This document shows, in pieces, positions 55,601 through 64,000 of a DNA stretch of 64,000 bases. The translations under genes and the position numbers were made by a program. The stretch comes from a virus. The stretch is from IMG/VR virus record IMGVR_UViG_3300000216_000003, positions 32,001 through 96,000 of that record; one strand, 5' to 3'. Within the stretch, counting starts at the first letter, position 1. Every line of letters begins with the position of its first letter. The notes below the pieces were generated by a model. The model searched no databases, had not been told where the DNA came from, and saw only the letters and a list, made by a program, of their open reading frames with translations.

Positions 55601-55630
55601 AGAGCTTAAAACTAAAATACAGTTAAACTT

Positions 55631-55663
55631 AGACCTATTATTAATTTAATAGGTTTTATTTTC
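55631..55663 (+). terminator. Intrinsic terminator closing the family C array
   Basis: AGACCTATTA/TAATAGGTTT stem plus T-tract. Confidence 0.6.
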
Positions 55664-55673
55664 AGGAGTAGTT

Positions 55674-56126
55674 ATGATTAATCAAATAGTCAAAATAGTA
55701 AATGCAAGTAGTAATGAATTACCTCAATATTCAAAAATTGGAGATAGTGGCATTGATGTACGAGCAAATTTACCAAATGGACCAGTTCAGATTATATCAG
55801 GAGAACGATTATTAATTGATACTGGCCTAAGTGTAGCTATTCCAGAAGGCTATGAGATCCAGGTCCGTCCTCGTAGTGGATTAGCATATAAAGAAGGTAT
55901 CACAGTTCTTAATACCCCAGGTACCATTGATTCTAATTACAGAGGTAATATTGGAGTTATTTTAATGAATCATAATAATAATATTGAACCTTTTGTGGTT
56001 AAGCATGGAGATCGGATTGCACAATTAGTATTAACTCCAGTTAACGGTATTATATGGAATATAGTTAAATCATTAGAAGATACTAATCGAGGCGAAGATG
56101 GTTTTGGATCAACAGGAGTAAAATAA
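55674..56126 (+). CDS. dut: Trimeric dUTPase
   Basis: SGID, QVRPRSGLA, GTIDSNYRG, GDRIAQL, RGEDGFGSTG. Confidence 0.96.
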   Translation: MINQIVKIVNASSNELPQYSKIGDSGIDVRANLPNGPVQIISGERLLIDTGLSVAIPEGYEIQVRPRSGLAYKEGITVLNTPGTIDSNYRGNIGVILMNHNNNIEPFVVKHGDRIAQLVLTPVNGIIWNIVKSLEDTNRGEDGFGSTGVK

Positions 56127-56521
56127 TGCATATAAATAGTTACATTTCAGAAATATCTAAGTCAATTGAACAGGCAAAATATGTCCATTTGTCTAAAGTT
56201 GTTTATAATGAATGGAATAGAGTAACTCAGAAGTCAGATGGACCTGAACGATCTAAGTTTTTAGAAGATTGTGAAATAGATGTATATAGTTTTCCTCAGA
56301 CTTGGGGAAGTACCGCTCTTGGATTTGGTGGCCTTGGTGGTTCTGCTATGACGAATGCAGTAACCGTCGTTATAACTAGCCATATGAGTAGTGAAGCTGT
56401 CGTTTACTTTGGTGGGCGATTTGCATATAAGATTGAAAAATATAATTCAAAATTCATACAAGATATCTCAAACCATAGGATGGCAAGTAGGCAGGATCAT
56501 AATGCATATGAGGCTGAATAA
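56126..56521 (+). CDS. Conserved phage hypothetical protein
   Basis: FPQTWGSTALGFGGLGGSAMT motif. Confidence 0.7.
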   Translation: MHINSYISEISKSIEQAKYVHLSKVVYNEWNRVTQKSDGPERSKFLEDCEIDVYSFPQTWGSTALGFGGLGGSAMTNAVTVVITSHMSSEAVVYFGGRFAYKIEKYNSKFIQDISNHRMASRQDHNAYEAE

Positions 56522-57493
56522 ATGGCTATTAGCCATTATTTAAAATATAGAGTCAATTTAAAAGGTATTCATGAGTTACTTCATAGTAAATATAAAAAAG
56601 TAAATATATTTATAGACATGCCAAGTATCGCCCGCGGATTTTATAATCAGAATGTGATGTTAATGGAGATTGATAATTATGTCACAAATAAGGCAATGCC
56701 TGTATTATTCCTTAATGAACTTAAAGAATTTCTAAATAGTCTGTATACATCTTTTAAATATTACGACCCTCGTTTTATTATTCATTTTGATAATGGTGTA
56801 AATAAACAAAATAGTACAGTACTAAAAGGTTATAAAGAAGGACGCCAATCTTCAGGATATCATATTCTTGAAGATGAGCAAATGCAACTGTTTAAAACTA
56901 TTAAAAGTTATTATTATCAAGAAGTAGAAAATAAATTCATTAAACCAAACCTATCAACAGTTATATATTTAAAAGATTACGAAGCTGATTTAGTTCCACA
57001 TTATTGTATTTCTAATAACTATATGAATTCACAAAATGAAGATACATTGAATGTTGTATTGAGTGTAGATAAAGATTTACTCCAATGTTGTAAATTTAAT
57101 AACACAATACAAGCAGTATCTGTATATAAGAAAAGTGAAGGTAGAATTGATATGCAAATATATGATAATAGGAATGCTCTTATGTTTATGCATAAAGGAT
57201 TTAAACCTGGAATAGTAACAGCATCCCATGTTCCATTGGTACTTGCATTAGCTGGAGATAAAGCTGATGGAATTAAAGGATTAAAAGGAGTAGGCAATGC
57301 AAAGGCAATCGCTCTAATAATGAAGCATCGACTACCAGCTGAATATCCAAGAGAACTACCATCAGAACTTTCCCCTTACTTAAAACAAATACAACAAAAC
57401 TATAAAGTAACAGACTTTGGAATGCAGGCTAGTCGTATCGATATGGTTACTACTAATACCGTTGATGATAAATTGAAAGTATTAAGAGTTTAA
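56522..57493 (+). CDS. 5'-3' exonuclease / T4 RNase H-like (FEN fold)
   Basis: FID, FD.G, YKEGR, YEAD, SVDKDLLQ, LAGDKADGIKGLKGVG. Confidence 0.88.
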   Translation: MAISHYLKYRVNLKGIHELLHSKYKKVNIFIDMPSIARGFYNQNVMLMEIDNYVTNKAMPVLFLNELKEFLNSLYTSFKYYDPRFIIHFDNGVNKQNSTVLKGYKEGRQSSGYHILEDEQMQLFKTIKSYYYQEVENKFIKPNLSTVIYLKDYEADLVPHYCISNNYMNSQNEDTLNVVLSVDKDLLQCCKFNNTIQAVSVYKKSEGRIDMQIYDNRNALMFMHKGFKPGIVTASHVPLVLALAGDKADGIKGLKGVGNAKAIALIMKHRLPAEYPRELPSELSPYLKQIQQNYKVTDFGMQASRIDMVTTNTVDDKLKVLRV

Positions 57494-57509
57494 GTTTTCA
57501 TCTATAATA

Positions 57510-57521
57510 TATAGATATAAT
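57510..57521 (+). promoter_or_regulatory. Phage promoter motif TATAGATATAAT
   Basis: Intergenic, with upstream GTTTTCA. Confidence 0.7.
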
Positions 57522-57573
57522 AAAGTCCAAAGAGCAGTTTTCTTTTTCTAAAAAGTAATGGGAGTAATAACAT

Positions 57574-57771
57574 ATGTTTACAATTTCTTCAAATGGAAAT
57601 AAAAATACTATGATATATTGCAATAAGGAAATGTCAGATTCTACTTTAGTTCCAATATTAAATCATATTGGAATCGATGTATCAAAACAAAAAGTAGTCA
57701 CTGTGGATCCTGTTACTTATATGATTTGTAATAGTGAAGGTTTTAATGTTTACATTGAGAATGGAGATTAA
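57574..57771 (+). CDS. Hypothetical protein
   Basis: GGGAG RBS. Confidence 0.6.
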   Translation: MFTISSNGNKNTMIYCNKEMSDSTLVPILNHIGIDVSKQKVVTVDPVTYMICNSEGFNVYIENGD

Positions 57772-58149
57772 ATGAATATACCAGAAAATAACCAAGAAGA
57801 TATTAAAGAAGCTATAGGTGAAGTTCTTGAAGGGGATATTATCGATGATAATATTCCACCACCGCCACCTCAACCGGAAATGTCTCCGGAACAGTTAGTA
57901 TTGCAACAGTCTATGATGAATGATATCAAGACTGGTGGAACTACTACAATTCCGGATGGTATGAATGCACAAGATTTTGTGAATAGTATGCAGGCTGGTG
58001 GAAGCGGTGCCTCTGATCCTCGAATGGCTGCGATGGTTGAGAAGATGAAACAAAAAGAAGCTATTCGGACGATGGAAAAACAAAAACAAAAAACAAAAAA
58101 TCGAGCTGCTGCTAAAGTAGCAAAAGCCTCACGTAAGGCTAATCGATAA
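57772..58149 (+). CDS. Low-complexity protein, acidic N-terminus and basic tail
   Basis: Ends KNRAAAKVAKASRKANR. Confidence 0.7.
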   Translation: MNIPENNQEDIKEAIGEVLEGDIIDDNIPPPPPQPEMSPEQLVLQQSMMNDIKTGGTTTIPDGMNAQDFVNSMQAGGSGASDPRMAAMVEKMKQKEAIRTMEKQKQKTKNRAAAKVAKASRKANR

Positions 58150-58160
58150 ATCTATATTGT

Positions 58161-58203
58161 TTGAGGCCAGTCACATCTCTTGTGGTTGGTCTCAAATTTT
58201 TAT
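58161..58203 (+). terminator. Intrinsic terminator
   Basis: TTGAGGCCAGTCACA/TGTGGTTGGTCTCAA stem plus T-tract. Confidence 0.7.
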
Positions 58204-58225
58204 TGCCTAGTGTGAACCAAAAATA

Positions 58226-58237
58226 TATAGATATAAT
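58226..58237 (+). promoter_or_regulatory. Phage promoter motif TATAGATATAAT
   Basis: Directly after terminator. Confidence 0.7.
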
Positions 58238-58292
58238 ATTTTAGGAATAGTTTTTATATTTTTCGAAATTTCAAAATTGATAAGGAACACTA

Positions 58293-58703
58293 ATGAATCA
58301 TTCAGAAGTTAATAGTAATATCAGAGAAGTAGTTGCGGACTTATTAAGTAGGGGTCATAAAAAGACTAATATCGGAAAATCCTTATTAGGACCATCTGGA
58401 TATACTCAGTTACTGAAATTTTTAGATGAAGATATGACAACCCGTTCTGATTTTGGTATTAAACCACTACAGAAAATTGCTAATTTATTAGACTGTGAAG
58501 TTCAAATTGTATTTGTAGATAAAGAATTTCAAGATGGTGATATATTAAAGAACCAAAATCATAAATTTATAAACGAACTAAAAGATGGTATTGCTAATTT
58601 CTTATCAGAAAATACAAGTGGCCCATCTATTCATCAAGAAAATATTAAGCGTAGAACTAAGCTGGATGATATTATTGATGAGGTGTTAGAAGAAGAGGTA
58701 TAG
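58293..58703 (+). CDS. Putative XRE-like HTH protein
   Basis: DFGIKPLQKIANLLDCEVQIVFV resembles XRE C-terminal helices. Confidence 0.5.
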   Translation: MNHSEVNSNIREVVADLLSRGHKKTNIGKSLLGPSGYTQLLKFLDEDMTTRSDFGIKPLQKIANLLDCEVQIVFVDKEFQDGDILKNQNHKFINELKDGIANFLSENTSGPSIHQENIKRRTKLDDIIDEVLEEEV

Positions 58704-58712
58704 TAAAAATAT

Positions 58713-59417
58713 ATGGCATATTATCAAAATTATAATAGTTTAGTGAAGCATTGTAAAGATGCTCTTGGCGCTCCTGTGAACTCGATTGAGTTGACAGATG
58801 ATGAAATAGCAGATAAAATTAGAGATAGTGTTTTACCTGAATTTAGTCAATATGTACCATTTAACAGCTATGTAAAAATAGCTCAAAATGATAAAGTTGA
58901 TAATCCAGACACTATTAATACTGAAACTTATATTATTCCAAATGAAAATGAAGACCATATTAATTCAATATCAGAAGCCTATTATGCATCTCAAGGAATA
59001 AATTCAAGTATTATATCTTACTATGCTGACCCAAGAGACACTGTGATGGCGAACACATACTCTGATATGATTAGTAGCTTGCAGGAAGTGCAGAATTATG
59101 AATTTATTCAACCAGATAAAGTAATGTTTGGTACCCCTTTAGATGGGAATGCTGTCATACTTAAATTGAATATAATTCCTCAAAGATTAGACCAAGTGCC
59201 TAGTGATTTATATATTAAATTACTTAAACCTATGGCTGAAAAATCTATTCTTGAAGTTATATTAAACAGAAGAACTAAGTTTCAAAATCTATCTACTCCA
59301 TTTGGAGAAGTAGCTTTGGATGTCGATACTCTTAGAATGAGAATTGATGTCTTAAAGCAAGAGATTAATGAGAAGTTGGATTGGTTACCAACCAAGCATT
59401 TAATAGAGTTTTTATAA
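58713..59417 (+). CDS. Neck protein (T4 gp13-like)
   Basis: LGAPVNSIELTDDEI...FSQY; KFQNLSTPFGEVALD. Confidence 0.7.
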   Translation: MAYYQNYNSLVKHCKDALGAPVNSIELTDDEIADKIRDSVLPEFSQYVPFNSYVKIAQNDKVDNPDTINTETYIIPNENEDHINSISEAYYASQGINSSIISYYADPRDTVMANTYSDMISSLQEVQNYEFIQPDKVMFGTPLDGNAVILKLNIIPQRLDQVPSDLYIKLLKPMAEKSILEVILNRRTKFQNLSTPFGEVALDVDTLRMRIDVLKQEINEKLDWLPTKHLIEFL

Positions 59418-59600
59418 TTTAAAATAGAAGACAGCGATTAATTACCGTTGATAGTAGCTCCTACCTATTATCTTATTCTTAATTATTAAATTGATATTGG
59501 GACTATATTAAATGAAAGTATTAAACTGAAATATCAAAATGACAATCGTTGAATATTAGAATCAATTCTCTACTCATAAATTTAAGAAAGGAAGTAAACT

Positions 59601-60326
59601 ATGTCTTTTAATTCTAGGGGGGCATTAACCAACGAGTATGCCTTTTCATTACCCAGTTCTAGTCTTCTTATGGTGCAGCTTATGCACGAAGCCCCCCAAG
59701 TTACTAATACTAAATATGTAAATCAAAAATCCGAGCGCTTTATCTTCGTCAATATAGTGCCGGGGGTGGGAGGACGAGAAAATAGAACTTTTGATTGGAA
59801 ATCGCAACTATCTATTAAATATTCAATTACGGAATTATCTGGACTCTCTTTTGTATTAAAACATACTGCATCTGGAAATAGTAGGAATGTTCTTCCATAT
59901 AGTAAATATGCTAGAAGTGATAAAGCTGCAAAGATGGTTACTGTAACCGAAGCAGCAGCTGATCCAAATAAGGCATTTGAACCTAGAAAAATATTCTTTA
60001 CTATGCAAGAAAAAAATAGTGGGGCAAAGCATACTATTGCTATGACTCCAGATCAGGCATATGGATTAGCGGTTCAAATGGAAAAGATGTCAGAGAAAGC
60101 TATGGAATTAGAAGCTGAGAGACAAATAACAGCTCCTAGACAAGCCCCAGAGCAAAATGGGCAGGCATTTGAGCCTCATCAACAGCAAAATAATCAACCA
60201 CAATTTCAAACTAGACAGTCTGCGAATCCACCACAACAGCAACAGCCACAAGTAAATCACCAACAACAGCATAATAATGCCGTTCAAAGTTTTGACGCAA
60301 TGCTTAACAATAACTTTCAATCATAA
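59601..60326 (+). CDS. Putative ssDNA-binding protein (Whirly/PC4-like) with Q/N-rich tail
   Basis: RTFDWKSQLSIKYSITEL resembles the Whirly RQYDW....FSLSVTE motif; disordered tail. Confidence 0.5.
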   Translation: MSFNSRGALTNEYAFSLPSSSLLMVQLMHEAPQVTNTKYVNQKSERFIFVNIVPGVGGRENRTFDWKSQLSIKYSITELSGLSFVLKHTASGNSRNVLPYSKYARSDKAAKMVTVTEAAADPNKAFEPRKIFFTMQEKNSGAKHTIAMTPDQAYGLAVQMEKMSEKAMELEAERQITAPRQAPEQNGQAFEPHQQQNNQPQFQTRQSANPPQQQQPQVNHQQQHNNAVQSFDAMLNNNFQS

Positions 60327-60339
60327 AGGAATACTTATA

Positions 60340-60597
60340 ATGACAACTCCAACTCCAACTTTAAATCTAGAAACAATTCTTTCAGACTTAATCAAAAACT
60401 TCGTAGATAAACCTGAATCAATCCAAATTAATACCGAAGAAGGTGAAAATACGGTATCTCTTAATATTATTTCAGATCCAAGTGATGCTGGAAAAATTAT
60501 TGGTAAAGGTGGAAAGACAATTGATTCACTTCGCCAAATTGCCAGAGTTATTGGTTATAGATTAGATAAGCGTGTTATTCTACATGTTGTTGACTAA
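60340..60597 (+). CDS. Single KH-domain RNA-binding protein (KhpA/YlqC-like)
   Basis: VDKPE...DAGKIIGKGGKTIDSLR; start moved to MTTPTP after AAGGA. Confidence 0.85.
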   Translation: MTTPTPTLNLETILSDLIKNFVDKPESIQINTEEGENTVSLNIISDPSDAGKIIGKGGKTIDSLRQIARVIGYRLDKRVILHVVD

Positions 60598-60614
60598 ATA
60601 AAATAAGCACCCAA

Positions 60615-60641
60615 GGGACGGAGTAAAATCCGTCCTTTTTA
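60615..60641 (+). terminator. Intrinsic terminator
   Basis: GGGACGGA/TCCGTCCT stem plus T-tract. Confidence 0.7.
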
Positions 60642-60669
60642 TATTTCCAACTAAAATAAAAGAGTACCA

Positions 60670-61992
60670 ATGTTAAAAAATAATTACATCCATACTGGTT
60701 CCCCTAACCTCAACCAGGCTTTTACTCAAAATGTTTTCAATATTACTGGTACTTCATTAATTAGTTTAATTAGTGCTTTAAATAGTAATAGTTTTGGGTA
60801 TGATACATTATTTAGATTTGATCAAAATATTAGAAAATTTAATGATCAATATTTAGGAACATCTATTAAGTTTAGAGACTCTGGTGGTTATTCCATTATT
60901 GTTGGAGATGTAAATCCTAATGATATTGGTAAATTTATTAATTGTTATGTTAAACATTTACAAGACAGTAGTGATACTTTTGATTATGTCTTTAGTTTGG
61001 ATATTCCATTTTTTATTGGACAAGATAATTACAATACTGTTGAATATATTGAACGGCAAAATCGGGAATCATTATCCAGAACTATTGAAGCAATACAAGA
61101 TAATCCAGAATTAAAAGATAAGATGTTATTTGTTCATCAGTTTAAAATGCATAATCAACATGCTATATGGCAGCGATTATATAAAGAGTTAGAGATCCCC
61201 AAATATTTTAATCATCAGGCAATTGGGGGGATGGTGGGTTTGATTGGGTTTACAAAGATTAATTTCGCACCTTTCCTAGGTCCAATTTTTATGACATTAT
61301 ATAATTATATTAACAATGATGAACGGCCAGATACTATGTATGTGCATTTATTGGGTGTGTATCATGGATTTAGTAGATTTATGATATTCTTTATTCAGAA
61401 ATTATTCAATCATTATATATCTGAAGGAAAGTATGGGAAAGAATGTTATATTAGTTATGATACTATTAATTATTTCTTAAGTGCCCAATATAAAGCTAGA
61501 GATGGTGCGCTATACTTCAATTATGAAAATCAAGAGATGGAGGCACATACCAAAGTATCAAGTATACCTCGACATGTTCTTGAAGATGTTTATCAAAGTG
61601 ATAATGAATTACAAATTGTTGATGAAAATATAACGGCAATTCAGAATGGTAATAAGTTAACAGATGTTAACTATGCAGTTCCTATGTATATTAAATCTCA
61701 GTTAAATTTAGATGATTTTTATAGTGATATTATAGATAAATTTAAAATGGTTGAAATATTTACAGATGCACCAAATATACGCAATCTAAGAAATAAATTT
61801 AATCCAATATTAACAGGGCTTAAAGGAAAATATAGCTTTATAACTAGTTCATTTGCAAATCAAGTAATGGATAGTATTTTAATATCTTATCAATTTCATC
61901 ATTGGTATATGAAAGATAAGACAGAAGCAAAACTAGAAGATTTACTTACTAGATTTAATAATAAGATTAATTTTCCGGTTGACTTGACATGA
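60670..61992 (+). CDS. Guanine transglycosylase-fold protein (TGT/DpdA-like)
   Basis: DSGGYS, SLDIP, AIGG.VG, HLLGV, SYD motifs. Confidence 0.7.
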   Translation: MLKNNYIHTGSPNLNQAFTQNVFNITGTSLISLISALNSNSFGYDTLFRFDQNIRKFNDQYLGTSIKFRDSGGYSIIVGDVNPNDIGKFINCYVKHLQDSSDTFDYVFSLDIPFFIGQDNYNTVEYIERQNRESLSRTIEAIQDNPELKDKMLFVHQFKMHNQHAIWQRLYKELEIPKYFNHQAIGGMVGLIGFTKINFAPFLGPIFMTLYNYINNDERPDTMYVHLLGVYHGFSRFMIFFIQKLFNHYISEGKYGKECYISYDTINYFLSAQYKARDGALYFNYENQEMEAHTKVSSIPRHVLEDVYQSDNELQIVDENITAIQNGNKLTDVNYAVPMYIKSQLNLDDFYSDIIDKFKMVEIFTDAPNIRNLRNKFNPILTGLKGKYSFITSSFANQVMDSILISYQFHHWYMKDKTEAKLEDLLTRFNNKINFPVDLT

Positions 61993-62860
61993 GAAAGCCA
62001 GATGTAAACTATGGATATAGAATCGGTGTATTAGATGATAAAAATTGTTTATTATATGGTACTACTGAAGATTTAAAAATTACAAAAGAAATGGCTCAGA
62101 CTCGGCTATTTAAAAATTATAAATTTGAAAATTTTTTATATATAGATTGTACTAAATATGAAATAGAAGATAATTTTAAAATTAGCCCGGGAAAATATAC
62201 TAAAATAAGTAAACAATTCGCAATTCCAGATTCCTCTATAATTGTTGAATTATATTCGGAATTACATATACCAACTAATATAGATTTAAATACATTTGAA
62301 TCATATTTCGAATCTAGAATTCAAACACTATGGAACACATATTCAAGTTTAAAGAAATTAGATATTGAGAAATGGAAAAAAGTATGTGCACATTTCTTTA
62401 TCTATGAGAATAAATACACATATTTTAAACTAACTCCTTCATCTGTAAAAAGATTATATACTCTGCTTAATACATTTAAAGAAAACAATAACCCAAATCA
62501 TAAAGATATATCTGAAAAAACTACTGAATTACATAATTTATTATTAAATATACAATCTAAAATACCAAATATAGTTAAAGATGATAATCCATGGGTATTA
62601 AGTGATAATAAAAATATCCCAGCGCCGATATATTATAATATGACATTAGATGGGGTTTTTTCACAGTTACCAATAAGTTTAAAAATAGTAGTGGGCAAAT
62701 TACCCCATTAAAAGCATATTACAGAGTTGGTGACATTCGTAAATATATAGAACCTAAACAAATGATTAATACTACACAATTTGTTTCGTTTCTTATTAAT
62801 CAGAATTTATATACGAAAGTTATTAATAGACTAACAAAGGAATTATTGAAAATTACATGA
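61989..62860 (+). CDS. Frameshifted paralog of 62857-63723 (frame 0 stops at 62711; -1 frame runs to 62860)
   Basis: -1 frame open 62639-62860 ending LTKELLKIT with ATGA overlap; joined length 290 aa vs 288 aa neighbour. Confidence 0.6.
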
Positions 62861-63723
62861 TTTATCCCCACTTAGGGCTTTTTTGTTTAATAGAAAAGCA
62901 AAAAGTAAAAGTGTTCTATTCGATTCCAGGATTTCACACTTCGTTATCAGATATCAAGAAGATAACGAAGTGTGAGGATCTCACTGAATATTCGACTAGT
63001 GATTTAAATGTGTTAATACCCAAGTATATGACCTTTAAATTAACAAATAAACAGCTAAATATTAATTATAGTTTTTATATTAAAAACTCAAATGTATTAA
63101 TTAAATTTGATAAAGTATTTAGCATTAGCAAACTAAAATTCGGAGAAGCCGAATCTTTTATTTCTAAACAGATTTCAAATCTAAAAAAAATTAGAAAACA
63201 ATTAAATGCTATTTCAAACTGGTTAGATATTATTAAATTCATTTCAAATAAAGATAATGATATATATACTATATTTGATTTATCATATAATAGAATGCCT
63301 CATTTCTTAAAATTCATAGATAATTGTCATATTAATAAATTTAAAAAATATTATGATATTGATAGTAATGAATGTTCTGATGAGTTTAAAAAAGAGTCTG
63401 AAGAATGTGTTACTCTTATATATAAATTAATGGATCGTATTATGGAGTCAACTGAAATATCTTTTAGTGGTTATGGGGGTATTGCTTTTTATATAGAAAA
63501 AACTCGGAATAACGGAATAATACGTTCTCATTTTAAAAAGGCATGGGCAACAGCTGAAGATGCCTCTTTTGGATATAAGCCTATTAGCCAATCTACTGAA
63601 GAATTTACACATGAATATAACTTACCCAGAGAAATATATAAATATCTAGCTTATTATAAAATGATAGGAAGTTTAGATAAATTTAAACATAAACTACAAC
63701 AGGAAATCTTAAAACTAATATGA
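62857..63723 (+). CDS. Hypothetical protein with tag A (KHKLQQEILKLI)
   Basis: Weak similarity to 61989 product. Confidence 0.7.
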   Translation: MIYPHLGLFCLIEKQKVKVFYSIPGFHTSLSDIKKITKCEDLTEYSTSDLNVLIPKYMTFKLTNKQLNINYSFYIKNSNVLIKFDKVFSISKLKFGEAESFISKQISNLKKIRKQLNAISNWLDIIKFISNKDNDIYTIFDLSYNRMPHFLKFIDNCHINKFKKYYDIDSNECSDEFKKESEECVTLIYKLMDRIMESTEISFSGYGGIAFYIEKTRNNGIIRSHFKKAWATAEDASFGYKPISQSTEEFTHEYNLPREIYKYLAYYKMIGSLDKFKHKLQQEILKLI

Positions 63724-63980
63724 ACTATGTATCATGTCCAGGATGTAAGAGTTTCTTTACCAGAGAACAAAACCATATGGAAGGTGGGCTCTGTATTGTA
63801 TGTGGAGATAAACCTAAGCCAATTCCATTATATGAAGCAGATGAAATTATGAGAAATAGATATTATAAATGTCGTAATTGTAATAGTTATTTTGATTTTC
63901 ATAATAGACACATACGACAAGATAGATGTCCAATTGATAGTCATAAAATGTCAGTAGTATCCAGAATTGATGGATATTAA
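63720..63980 (+). CDS. Double zinc-ribbon small protein
   Basis: CPGC, CIVC, CRNC, CP..H. Confidence 0.7.
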   Translation: MNYVSCPGCKSFFTREQNHMEGGLCIVCGDKPKPIPLYEADEIMRNRYYKCRNCNSYFDFHNRHIRQDRCPIDSHKMSVVSRIDGY

Positions 63981-64000
63981 AAAATGTCTCCCATATTATC

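Noticed and set aside
55674-56126. Uracil-containing genome as in AR9/PBS1
   Set aside because: An intact dUTPase argues against dUTP incorporation.
2053-61114. Antisense or nested ORFs from the track (e.g. 2053, 4189, 5942, 8671, 12338, 13613, 15436, 19872, 24714, 29971, 31712, 37176, 41062, 45066, 46824, 52827, 57019, 60108, 60920)
   Set aside because: They overlap well-supported genes or the tRNA, lack RBS or promoter support, and look like shadow frames.
1-64000. Genome-wide stop-codon reassignment (TAG or TGA)
   Set aside because: Long conserved genes are uninterrupted in the standard code, and TAG and TGA end genes at expected positions (e.g. clpS, many ATGA overlaps).
1-64000. CRISPR array
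   Set aside because: No regularly spaced repeat-spacer run seen; the repeats found are gene-end modules or protein repeats.

Overview
Strongly AT-rich, gene-dense segment of a large (jumbo-type) tailed-phage genome read in the standard genetic code. Genes run leftward over 1-23.8 kb and rightward over 24.6-64 kb, diverging from an ~800-bp non-coding gap. Replication and nucleotide genes: clamp loader, probable sliding clamp, primase, topoisomerase II A subunit, a minimal PolB-like palm protein, NAD-dependent ligase, 5'-3' exonuclease, dUTPase, and a split class II ribonucleotide reductase interrupted at its catalytic NPCG|E motif by a group I intron carrying a LAGLIDADG gene. Other recognisable genes: a multisubunit RNA polymerase (intact beta-prime, beta in two pieces), a T4 gp13-like neck protein, a TGT/DpdA-like protein, ClpS, a KH protein, an Sm-like protein and one tRNA(CAT). 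A 12-bp motif TATAGATATAAT/TATAGATATTAT occurs 22 times, always intergenic and oriented with downstream transcription; it also precedes several unannotated small transcription units (two structured ncRNA candidates and a 16-aa peptide). The most unusual signal is about 50 small ORFs, mostly in tandem arrays, with variable or unrelated N-terminal bodies that end in one of three conserved C-terminal tags. The tags usually also encode the next gene's ribosome-binding site and show signs of being copied, gained and lost as DNA modules. All product calls come from motif recognition by eye; no database searches were run.
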